64,000 nucleotides of DNA from an uncultured Gemmatimonadales bacterium (GTDB lineage: Bacteria; Gemmatimonadota; Gemmatimonadetes; Gemmatimonadales; Gemmatimonadaceae), in assembly GCA_963851265.1 (NCBI GenBank), contig CAWKNZ010000007.1:224001-288000 (forward strand), in the 5' to 3' direction. The number at the start of each line of letters is the position of its first letter. The first letter of the stretch is position 1. Made by a program: the position numbers and the translations under genes. Shown piece after piece: positions 10,051-18,553 of the stretch. The notes below the pieces were generated by a model that worked only from the letters and a program-made list of their open reading frames with translations, did no database searches and had not been told where the DNA came from.

Positions 10051-12093
10051 TCAGATCTCCACCACGTTGCCGATCTCGACGCTTCGCTCCGGCGGCAGCC
10101 GGAAGTAGTCCGACGCGGTCGCCGACACGCGCGCGAGCCCCGCGAAGAGGTGCTCGCGCCACAACACCATCCCCTCGCCCTTGGCGGGGCGGATCCGGTC
10201 GCGGTTCACGAAGTACGTCGTCTTGCCGGGCGTGACCACCAGGTCGGGCGCCTGGCGCGCGAGGGCCTCCCGCACGACGTCGCCCTCCAGCGTGTGCGCG
10301 AGGTTCGCGTCCTCCATGAAGCCGAACCGCAGCTCCGCCTGGTAGAAGCCCTCGCCGAGCGAGTGGATCGCGATCCGCTGCGCAGGTGCCACGCACGGCA
10401 CTTGGAGCGTCTTGACCGTCGCGAGCACGGTGTGCTCGTGCGCCACCTTGTTGTGCTTGAGGTTGTGCATCAGCGAGATCGGTGCGCCCGACGGCGTACC
10501 GCTCAGGAACACGCCGGTCCCGGGCACGCGTGTGACCTCACCGGCGCGCACCCGCTCGATCACGTGTGCCACGGTGTCGCTGACGGCCACGGTCCGCGCG
10601 AACACCAGGCGACGCCCCGTCTTCCAGGTCGAGAGCACCGTGAACACGGCGGCCGCGACGCCGAGCGGCAGCCAGCCGCCCTCGAGCACCTTCACGAGGT
10701 TCGCGCCGAGGAACGCGCAGTCGATGATCAGGAAGCCCGCGACGAGTGGAAGCACGCGCCACGCCGGCCACCCCCACCGTTCGCGCGCGACCGTGTAGAA
10801 GATCACCGACGTGATGGCCATCGTGCTCGTGACGGCGATCCCGTACGCGGCGGCGAGCGCGTCCGACGACCGGAAGCCAACGATCAGCGCCACGCACGCC
10901 GCGAGCAGCGCCCAGTTCACGGCCGGCACGTACACCTGCCCGAACTCGTGCTCCGACGTGTGCCGCACCGTGAGGCGCGGCGAGAAGCCGAGTTGGATGG
11001 CCTGCAGCGTGAGCGAGAACGCCCCCGAGATCACCGCCTGCGACGCGATCACGGTGGCGAACGTGCTCAGAATGACGAGTGGGATCAGCGCCCACCCGGC
11101 CGCGAGCCCGAAAAACGGGTGGTCGGCGACGGCCGGCTCGCGCAGCAGTAGCGCCCCCTGCCCGGCGTAGTTGATGAGAAGGGCGGGGTAGACCAGCGCG
11201 AACCAGGCCAGCCGGATCGGCCGCCGCCCGAAGTGCCCCATGTCGGCGTAGAGCGCCTCGCCGCCCGTCACGACGAGCACGACGCTCCCGAGCACGAGGA
11301 ATCCACCGATCCCGTGTTGGGCGAAGAACCGGAGCCCGTGCAACGGGTTGATCGCCGCGAGCACGCTCGGCTCGCGCACGATCTGGACGCCGCCCATGAA
11401 CGCGATCACGGCGAACCAGACGATCATCACCGGGCCGAACACCTTTCCGACGCGGGCCGTGCCGCCCTTCTGGAACATGAAGAGCGCGATGATGATCGCC
11501 ACGGCGAGTGGGAGCACGAACGGCTTCGCGCGCGGCGTTGCGACCTGCAGCCCTTCGACCGCGCTCAGCACCGAGATCGCCGGCGTGATGATGCCGTCGC
11601 CGTACAGGAGCGCCGCGCCGAACACGCCCAGCGCTACGAGAAATTTGCGCTCGCTCCGTCCGGTCGGGCGGATCGGCGTCGCCAGGGCGGTCAGGGCGAG
11701 GATGCCCCCCTCGCCGTGGTTGTCGGCGCGCATCACGAAGATCAGGTACTTGATCGATACCACGAGCGTGAGCGCCCAGAAGACGAGCGAGAGCACGCCG
11801 AGCACGTTGGCGGGGGTCGCCGGCACGCCGTGCTCGCCGTGGAAGCACTCGCTGAGCGCATACAGCGGACTCGTGCCGATGTCGCCGTAGACGACGCCGG
11901 CCGCCCCGAGCGCGAGGAGTGCGAGGTACCGCCCGGTCGCGGGCGGGCCGCCGTGTCGCGGTTCGTCCGCGCTCTCGCTGTGCCGCGCGGCATCGGCCGC
12001 GGCGGCCGTGGCGAGTCCTGCACCGCCGGGCGCGGTGGTGGGGGCGGCGGCTTCGACGGCCGCGCGTGGGGTCAGGGGCGGGGCGGCGGGCAT
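10051..12093 (-). CDS. kup: KUP/HAK/KT potassium uptake protein
   Basis: GVVYGDIGTSPLYA, ADNHGEGG, GDGIITPAISVLSAVEG and TGGEALYADMGHF motifs; start could alternatively be the GTG at 12111. Confidence 0.95.
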   Translation of the reverse strand: MPAAPPLTPRAAVEAAAPTTAPGGAGLATAAAADAARHSESADEPRHGGPPATGRYLALLALGAAGVVYGDIGTSPLYALSECFHGEHGVPATPANVLGVLSLVFWALTLVVSIKYLIFVMRADNHGEGGILALTALATPIRPTGRSERKFLVALGVFGAALLYGDGIITPAISVLSAVEGLQVATPRAKPFVLPLAVAIIIALFMFQKGGTARVGKVFGPVMIVWFAVIAFMGGVQIVREPSVLAAINPLHGLRFFAQHGIGGFLVLGSVVLVVTGGEALYADMGHFGRRPIRLAWFALVYPALLINYAGQGALLLREPAVADHPFFGLAAGWALIPLVILSTFATVIASQAVISGAFSLTLQAIQLGFSPRLTVRHTSEHEFGQVYVPAVNWALLAACVALIVGFRSSDALAAAYGIAVTSTMAITSVIFYTVARERWGWPAWRVLPLVAGFLIIDCAFLGANLVKVLEGGWLPLGVAAAVFTVLSTWKTGRRLVFARTVAVSDTVAHVIERVRAGEVTRVPGTGVFLSGTPSGAPISLMHNLKHNKVAHEHTVLATVKTLQVPCVAPAQRIAIHSLGEGFYQAELRFGFMEDANLAHTLEGDVVREALARQAPDLVVTPGKTTYFVNRDRIRPAKGEGMVLWREHLFAGLARVSATASDYFRLPPERSVEIGNVVEI

Positions 12094-12137
12094 GCGGCGC
12101 CGACTGTGCACGCCTTGCGCCGTGCTTGCTACACGTG

Positions 12138-12173
12138 AAAACCCCGGCCTCGCGTCGACGCGAGGCCGGGGTT
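12138..12173 (-). terminator. Intrinsic terminator-like hairpin
   Basis: Perfect 34-bp palindrome AACCCCGGCCTCGCGTCGACGCGAGGCCGGGGTT (12140-12173) ending in a run of four T on the minus strand. Confidence 0.65.
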
Positions 12174-12237
12174 CCCCGGGCGGGGCGCTCGCGGGCCCGC
12201 GAGCCCGGAGCGCCGACCCGGCCCGCGTCGGAGCCTA

Positions 12238-13145
12238 GACGGTGTTATGAACCGGCGGCGAACAGCTTGGCCGCGCGGGCGAGGAGGATACAGGCGAACG
12301 CGAGCACGTGCAGGCCCGCGAGCGTCGTCGGCAGGCGTTCGTAGTCCTTCGCGAGCCGGCGGAAGCGGCGCATCCAGCTAATCGAGCGCTCGACCACCCA
12401 GCGGCGTGGGAGCAGCACGAAGCCGCGCTTCGCCTCAGGCAGTTTCACCACCTCCACCGCGATCCCCGCGGCCGCCGCGTCGGTCCGCACCGCGTCCCCA
12501 CTGTACCCCTGATCCACGTACGCGAGGGCGACCGTGCCGCCGGTGACGGCCTGCACCTCCGCGGCGAGCGCGGCCACCTCGGCGCGTTCGTCGACGTCGG
12601 CCGGCGTGACGCGCAGGGCCAGCAAGTGGCCTAACGTATCGACCGCGAGGTGTAGTTTGCTGCCCTTCTTGCGCTTGTGCCCGCTGTAGCCGGCCCGGGG
12701 CCCGCTCTCGGGCGTGCTCTGGAGGACGGTGCCATCGAGGATCACCGCCGTGGGCTGCGGGCCGCGGCCCGCTCCGTCCTTCGCCTCGACGTCCGCCAGC
12801 CGGAGCACCACCCGGAGGTCGTGCACCATGGCCTCGAACACGCCCGCCCGGAGCCAGCGCTGCGTCTGCTGATACACCGTGTACCACGGTGGGAGGTCGT
12901 GGGGCAGGTAGCGCCACGCGCCCCCCACGCGCACGAGATAGCGCAAGCCGTTGAATACCTCGCGCAGGCTGTGCTCGCGCTGCGCGGCGTCCTCACGCAT
13001 CAGCGTCAGGTACGGGGCGACGAACGCCCACTCTTCTTCCGACACGTCGCTCGGGTACGCCCGCCGGGCCGGCACGTCGGCCGTGAACTGCAGCTGCATG
13101 GCCGTAAGTACCACGGCCGGAAGCACATAGGTTCATGACACCGTC
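12238..13145 (-). mobile_element. Complete IS5-family insertion sequence (~908 bp)
   Basis: 16-bp terminal inverted repeats GACGGTGTTATGAACC (12238-12253) and GGTTCATGACACCGTC (13130-13145) with 1 mismatch; both ends sit in CTAG (TA or CTAG duplication); contains a DDE transposase. Confidence 0.92.
12245..13099 (-). CDS. IS5-family transposase
   Basis: YPSDVSEEEW, WRYLPHDLPPW, KGSKLHLAVDTLG, YVDQGY and RRWVVERSISWMRRFRRLAKDYE motifs; stop codon lies inside the left IR. Confidence 0.93.
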   Translation of the reverse strand: MQLQFTADVPARRAYPSDVSEEEWAFVAPYLTLMREDAAQREHSLREVFNGLRYLVRVGGAWRYLPHDLPPWYTVYQQTQRWLRAGVFEAMVHDLRVVLRLADVEAKDGAGRGPQPTAVILDGTVLQSTPESGPRAGYSGHKRKKGSKLHLAVDTLGHLLALRVTPADVDERAEVAALAAEVQAVTGGTVALAYVDQGYSGDAVRTDAAAAGIAVEVVKLPEAKRGFVLLPRRWVVERSISWMRRFRRLAKDYERLPTTLAGLHVLAFACILLARAAKLFAAGS

Positions 13146-13390
13146 TAGCGGTGCAACGAGGGCGTCAGCCGCGAGAGCACGGCTCGCGCGGCGTCGCGGT
13201 CGCCATCGCTCACGACGTCGCGTTCGCGGGCCGCGCGGAACGAGGCGAGCACCTCGTCGCACAGCTCACGCAGGTGCACGCGGCGGCGGCGGTTGGCAGG
13301 CACCGAGCGGGGACCCGCTTCGGCGGAGGTAACGGCGGCGGGACGCGGAGCGATCGTCATCGGGTCATCGGCATCGCGAGAGGTGATCAT
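13145..13390 (-). CDS. Small hypothetical protein (71-81 aa)
   Basis: ATG-started ORF filling the gap between IS and hydrolase; protein-like amphipathic segment RVHLRELCDEVLASFRAA; its TAG stop forms the IS target. Confidence 0.55.
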   Translation of the reverse strand: MITSRDADDPMTIAPRPAAVTSAEAGPRSVPANRRRRVHLRELCDEVLASFRAARERDVVSDGDRDAARAVLSRLTPSLHR

Positions 13391-13543
13391 GTGGCGGGAT
13401 CGAGCCCCACCCGCACGCCGGCAAAGGCAGAACGCGGGCCACGAGCGCGTTCCGCGCGCCGCTCGCGCCGGAGGAGTCCCGGCCGGACGCGCACGCCGCC
13501 ATCATTCGCGCGCCGTTGCTGTTCCGCGCTCTCATCCCGACCG

Positions 13544-15526
13544 ATGCCACGTTCGATTCCCACCGCCGCGCTCGCCGCCGCGCTCACTGCCTTCTGCGCC
13601 ACCGCGACCGTCGCCTGCGCGCAACCCGCGCCGCCGCCCGGCGCCTCGCCCACGGTGCCGCGTTCGCTCTTCCCGGAGTCCGACTCGGCGTTCGTCCGCG
13701 CCAACTACGTGAAGCGCGAGTACCGGGTCCCCATGCGGGACGGCGTGAAGCTGTTCACGATCGTGTACGCGCCGAAGGACGCGGGTGCGACAACGCGGTA
13801 TCCGATGGTCATGCAGCGCACGTGCTACTCGGTCGCGCCGTACGGACCCGACGCGTACGCGCCGACCATCGGCCCCGACCCGTTCATGCTCCGCGACAAG
13901 TACATCTTCGTCTACCAGGACGTGCGGGGCCGGTACGAGAGCGAGGGCGAATTCGTCAACGTGCGCCCGTTCGTCAGCGACTCCGAGAAGGCGCGCAATC
14001 CGAAGGCGGTCGACGAGGCGAGCGACACGTACGACACGATCGACTGGCTGCTCAAGAACGTGTCGGGCCACAACGGCAAGGTCGGGCAGTGGGGGATCAG
14101 CTACCCCGGCTTCTACACGTCGATGGGCGCCCTCTCGCGCCACCCCGCGCTCGTCGCGTCGAGCCCGCAGGCGCCCGTGACCGACTTCTTCTTCGAGGAC
14201 TTCCACCACAACGGCGTGTTGACGCAGGGCTACTTCTACGCCTACCCGTTGTTCGGCATCCCGACCGGCGGGCCGCGCGCCGACAACTGGTGGATGCCGC
14301 GCATGGTCCAGGAGGGGCACGACGACGACTACGACTTTCAGTTAGGCCTCGGCCCGCTCCGCACGACCACCGACCGGTACTACCGCGAGAACGTGTTCTG
14401 GCAGGAGATCATCCGGCACCCCGACTACGATGCCTTCTGGCAGGCGCGCGCGGTGCCGCCGCACCTCACCGGCATCAAGCACGCGGTGATGACCGTCGGC
14501 GGCTGGTTCGACGCCGAGGACCTGTACGGCCCGCTCGCGGTCTACAAGACGATCGAGCGCAACAGCCCGGGCACGTACAACACGATCGTCGAGGGCCCGT
14601 TCCGGCACGGCGGGTGGGCGCGGCAGGGCGTCGAGCACACGATCCACGGCGACCTCTACTTCGGCGACTCGCTCGAGACCAAGTTCCAGCGCGACGTCGA
14701 GGCGGTGTTCTTCCGCCACTGGCTCAAGGGCCCGGCCGATGGCAAGACGGGACTGCCCGACGCTCTGATGTTCGACACCGGCCGCAAGCAGTGGCGCGGC
14801 TTCGACGCGTGGCCGGCGAGGACCGCGCGGCCGCGCAGTTACTACTTCACGGCCGCGGGCGGGCTGACGACCGCCCCCCCGAGCGTGCCGGCGGGCGCGC
14901 CGGCGTTCCGCTCGTACGTGAGCGACCCCGCGCGCCCCGTTCCGAGCCGCTGTCTCGCGCCGACGATCCAGGGGCTCACGATGTACCAGTACATGAGCGA
15001 CGACCAACGGTGTTTCGACGACCGCAAGGACGTGCTCACCTTCGTCACCGACACGCTCCGCGAGGACGTGACGTTGGGCGGCGAGATCACCGCGCGGCTC
15101 CGGGTCGCGACCACGGGCCGAGACGCCGACTACGTGGTCAAGCTCGTCGACGTCTACCCCATGAGCGAGCCCGATCACCCGTACATGCCGTACAAGAACG
15201 TCCACCTCGCGGGCTACCAACAACTCGTGCGCGGCGAGATCATGCGCGCGCGCTACCGCAAGGGCTTCGCGCGCCCCATGCCGATGACGCCCGGCGCGGT
15301 CGAGGACGTGACGTTCCGCCTCCAGGACGTGCTGCACACGTTCAGGAAGGGGCACCGTCTGATGGTGCAGGTGCAGAGCTCGTGGTTCCCCGCGTTCGAC
15401 CGCAACCCGCAGACATACGTGCCCAACATCTACGAGGCACGCGCGTCCGACTTCGTGGCCGCCACGCAGCGCGTCTACACGGGCGGCGCCGACGCGAGCC
15501 GCCTCGACGTACAGGTGCTGCCGTGA
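13544..15526 (+). CDS. CocE/NonD-family serine hydrolase (alpha-amino acid ester hydrolase / X-Pro dipeptidyl-peptidase-like), exported
   Basis: Signal peptide; MRDGVKLFT, QDVRGRYESEG, nucleophile elbow GISYPG and HTFRKGHRLMVQVQSSWFP. Confidence 0.92.
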   Translation: MPRSIPTAALAAALTAFCATATVACAQPAPPPGASPTVPRSLFPESDSAFVRANYVKREYRVPMRDGVKLFTIVYAPKDAGATTRYPMVMQRTCYSVAPYGPDAYAPTIGPDPFMLRDKYIFVYQDVRGRYESEGEFVNVRPFVSDSEKARNPKAVDEASDTYDTIDWLLKNVSGHNGKVGQWGISYPGFYTSMGALSRHPALVASSPQAPVTDFFFEDFHHNGVLTQGYFYAYPLFGIPTGGPRADNWWMPRMVQEGHDDDYDFQLGLGPLRTTTDRYYRENVFWQEIIRHPDYDAFWQARAVPPHLTGIKHAVMTVGGWFDAEDLYGPLAVYKTIERNSPGTYNTIVEGPFRHGGWARQGVEHTIHGDLYFGDSLETKFQRDVEAVFFRHWLKGPADGKTGLPDALMFDTGRKQWRGFDAWPARTARPRSYYFTAAGGLTTAPPSVPAGAPAFRSYVSDPARPVPSRCLAPTIQGLTMYQYMSDDQRCFDDRKDVLTFVTDTLREDVTLGGEITARLRVATTGRDADYVVKLVDVYPMSEPDHPYMPYKNVHLAGYQQLVRGEIMRARYRKGFARPMPMTPGAVEDVTFRLQDVLHTFRKGHRLMVQVQSSWFPAFDRNPQTYVPNIYEARASDFVAATQRVYTGGADASRLDVQVLP

Positions 15527-15575
15527 GCCACGGCGGGCGCCGGGGCGCGCGGTCGCCCCGGCGCCCGCCCCAGGC

Positions 15576-18089
15576 CTACCGCGGCAGCCGCGCCAGCGCG
15601 TACTGCACGGCGAGGTCGCTCGTGCTCCATAGCTGCACGTCCCCGGCCGTGCCGTAGCGCACGGCCGCGGGTCGGCCCCCGCGGAAGTCGTAGCTCCACA
15701 GTTCGGAGCGGAACCCCGACGCGGCCACGGCGCCCAACACGCGACCGATCGCGTCGCGGAGTGCGCCGGCCGTCGCGCCGCCCGGCTCCGCCGCGACACG
15801 GCGCGCGGCGCCGAGGACGAACAGGTTCGCCTCGCGCCCCCACACCACGCGCGGGCCGTGGTAAGGGTCCTGCACGAACGCCTCCCACACCGCCGGCGGC
15901 GCGTACGCGTCGTTCGCCACCACCGGCCCGACGCGGTCGACGAACAACCCGACGGGGTACGGCCGCACGAACAGCGCGACGTCGCGGGCCGTGCGCGCCG
16001 CGTCCGCCGGATCGCGCCCGACGACGGTCGCCTCGGCGTCGCCGAGAAACAGGCGCGTGGCCGGGTCGGTGTTCGCGATCCCGATCGGGCGGCCGGCCGC
16101 GTCGAGCGAGACCGCGTCGAAGGTGAGCGAGTCGCGGTCGGCGCCCGTGCGCGCGAGCAGGGCGGCCCAGTACGCCCGCTCGTCCGCCGGCATCGCCGCG
16201 AGCCGCGCGGTGACGGCCTCGCGGACCTCGGCCGGCGCGAGCCGGACGACGAAGTGCCGTTCGGCGCCGCGCCAGGCGTCCACGGCGCGCGCGAGCGCGG
16301 ACGGGTCGCGCGCGTAGCTGCCTAATGGAGTGCCCGCGGCCAGCTCGGGGGCGGCGGCGAGGAGCGGCGCGAGCGGCACGCCCGCCCCCGGCAGCGCGGC
16401 GAGGATGCGCCCGATGGACTCGAGCGCGTGCGGCGCCCAGATCGCGTTCACGTCGTACGCGTACTTGCCGTTGGCGTAGCCGACGCGGCTGTCGCGCCAG
16501 CTGAGGCCCGTGTACTGCCCGGGCGCCCGCGCTGGGAAGTCGACGAGGTGCGCGACGCTCGGCTCGGCGGCGTAGGGGGCCGTGCGCCGCGCGACGCGGG
16601 CCAGTTCGCGCAGGAGCTGCGCAAGCCGCGTGGCGCCCGGCCGCACGCCCACGGGAAGCTCCGACGCCGAATCGGCGGGGGCGAGGAGGAACGCGCGTTT
16701 GCGCGCCGCCGGGATCTGCGGGTCGGTGAGCCAGCGCGCGACGAGGATGGGCACCTGGAAGTCGGTGTCGACCATCACGTAGTTCTCGCGCGTGCGGCGC
16801 GCGTCGGCGAGGACGCGGCGCGCGCGGCGCAGCAGCGTGTCGGCCGCGGACGCGTCGCCGGCACGCGTCGCGCGCCCGCTCAGCTCGACCAGTCGTGCGT
16901 ACTCGACCGCCGCCTCGCGCACCGCCTGCTCTCCGACCGCCTCCTCGTGGCTGACGGCGCCCTCGGGGGAGAGCCCGCGGAGCACGCTGCCCACCACCAC
17001 CTCGACCGATGCGTCGCGCCAGATGGGCTGCATCATGAGTGCGGTCATCAGCTGGTCGCGCCCGAAGTACGTCGCGTACGTTGGCAGGCCGGCCATGAAC
17101 TCTCGACGCGAGGCCAGCAACTCCACGCCGCGCACCTGTCGCTCGAGCACGCGCGCCTGAAGCCGCGCCGAATCCGTCGCGCCGGGCTGCGCCGCGGCGC
17201 GCTGCGCGGCGGCGACGAAGCCGAGGAAGTCGGGCGTGAAGATTTCGTTGCGCGTCAGCGGCGAGAGCGTGCGCCCCGTCGTGGTGACGGTGACGGTCAG
17301 CCGCAGTGGCGTGCGGGGATCGCGCGCGCGAAACACGAAAGTGTCGCCGTCGAGTTCCGCCGCGACGGCGCGCGCGTCGGCGCGGAACTCGAGCGCGAGC
17401 GTGTCGCGCCCGTCGAGTGACGGCTGCACCACGCGCGCGACCGCGGCGCGCGTGCCGGACGCCGTGGGAGGGTCGAGCGTGACGCGCGGCTGCACGCGTG
17501 CGCGGAGGGTCGCGAGGTCGCGCGCGCCGAGCAGCGCGAGGTGGTCGTGCTGGACCGACGGCGGGAGCGTGGCGATCGCGGCGAGGAGGCTGTCGAACTC
17601 CGCGACCCGGGCGGGCGTGCCCCCGAACGGGGCGAGGTGTTGCTTGTGATCCTGGAACTCCCGCTCGACCCGCATCGAGTTGAGGACGAACAGACCCAGG
17701 CGGATGGTCGGCGTGCGCGCGTCGACGTCGTACGTGAAGGCGCGACTGCCGGCGCGCCCGGTGCGCGGTGTACGCGACACCGTCGCTCCGGGTCCCGCCC
17801 AGACCAACGGGGCGGGTCGGCCCGCGGTGTCGCGCGCGGTGAAGCCCACGCTTTCGTTCTCGGCGTCGGCCAGCAGGTGCACCACGCGCCCCACGCGGCC
17901 GTCGAGGTAGAGCTGGACGGTGTTGGATGCCGCGTCGCGGAAGAGACGCGTCTGATACCCGGCGTATGCCGCACTGTCGTCGAGCCCCGCTTCGGGGAAC
18001 GCGAGGACGGGGCGGATCGCGTGCGGGGGCGACGGCGGCGGACGGTGAAGGGCGGCGGCGAGCAGCCCGGCCGCGACAATCGGAAGCAT
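15576..18089 (-). CDS. Exported (alpha/alpha)6-barrel glycoside-hydrolase-like protein (glycogen-debranching C-terminal-like)
   Basis: Signal-peptide-like start MLPIVAAGLLAAAL; AGLPTYATYFGRD, SHEE and WRDS motifs typical of six-hairpin glycosidases; divergent from SusC. Confidence 0.6.
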   Translation of the reverse strand: MLPIVAAGLLAAALHRPPPSPPHAIRPVLAFPEAGLDDSAAYAGYQTRLFRDAASNTVQLYLDGRVGRVVHLLADAENESVGFTARDTAGRPAPLVWAGPGATVSRTPRTGRAGSRAFTYDVDARTPTIRLGLFVLNSMRVEREFQDHKQHLAPFGGTPARVAEFDSLLAAIATLPPSVQHDHLALLGARDLATLRARVQPRVTLDPPTASGTRAAVARVVQPSLDGRDTLALEFRADARAVAAELDGDTFVFRARDPRTPLRLTVTVTTTGRTLSPLTRNEIFTPDFLGFVAAAQRAAAQPGATDSARLQARVLERQVRGVELLASRREFMAGLPTYATYFGRDQLMTALMMQPIWRDASVEVVVGSVLRGLSPEGAVSHEEAVGEQAVREAAVEYARLVELSGRATRAGDASAADTLLRRARRVLADARRTRENYVMVDTDFQVPILVARWLTDPQIPAARKRAFLLAPADSASELPVGVRPGATRLAQLLRELARVARRTAPYAAEPSVAHLVDFPARAPGQYTGLSWRDSRVGYANGKYAYDVNAIWAPHALESIGRILAALPGAGVPLAPLLAAAPELAAGTPLGSYARDPSALARAVDAWRGAERHFVVRLAPAEVREAVTARLAAMPADERAYWAALLARTGADRDSLTFDAVSLDAAGRPIGIANTDPATRLFLGDAEATVVGRDPADAARTARDVALFVRPYPVGLFVDRVGPVVANDAYAPPAVWEAFVQDPYHGPRVVWGREANLFVLGAARRVAAEPGGATAGALRDAIGRVLGAVAASGFRSELWSYDFRGGRPAAVRYGTAGDVQLWSTSDLAVQYALARLPR

Positions 18090-18285
18090 GGGGCGGGAAC
18101 GAACAGGAAAGGACGGGCATGAACGCGCGGGTCGCGCACATGCTATGTGCGGAACCGTGCGCGCAGAACCTTGTGTGCAGAACGATCGGTGTGGGACTGT
18201 CGGCGCACGACGGTGTGGGCGCCCGCGGCAGTTCGTTCGACTAACGATCAAATGCGGCGCTGGGCCGCGGCGCCCCTTCCGGCGC

Positions 18286-18336
18286 TTGACATCCCGCGTC
18301 CGCCCGGCAAGTTCCCGGCTAGTTGAACCTGTTCAA
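18286..18336 (+). promoter_or_regulatory. Putative promoter and palindromic operator upstream of the second susC
   Basis: Perfect -35 TTGACA (18286-18291), weak -10 (CAAGTT), then the inverted repeat TTGAAC-CT-GTTCAA (18323-18336). Confidence 0.55.
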
Positions 18337-18553
18337 GCGGGTTCGGGTGTGATCCCCGCGCCCGTTCCTCCGCTTCCGGCAGGTTCGTCCGTGATCCCCG
18401 TGTTTCCGACCGGCTCGAGCCGCCGCGCGTACGCCGCGCGCCCGAGGCCCGGTCGGACACGGGCGCATCACTGTACGTGTACGCCTCCCCAGCTCCTCGC
18501 CCGCGCCGGGCGGGAGCGCCGTTCTACTTCGCAGCTCCTAGGAGGGCTGACGT

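Noticed and set aside
12112..12237. c-di-AMP (ydaO) riboswitch upstream of kup
   Set aside because: Only a CCGGGGAACC fragment resembles it; the other conserved elements are not visible, and the hairpin is explained as a terminator. An Rfam scan would settle it
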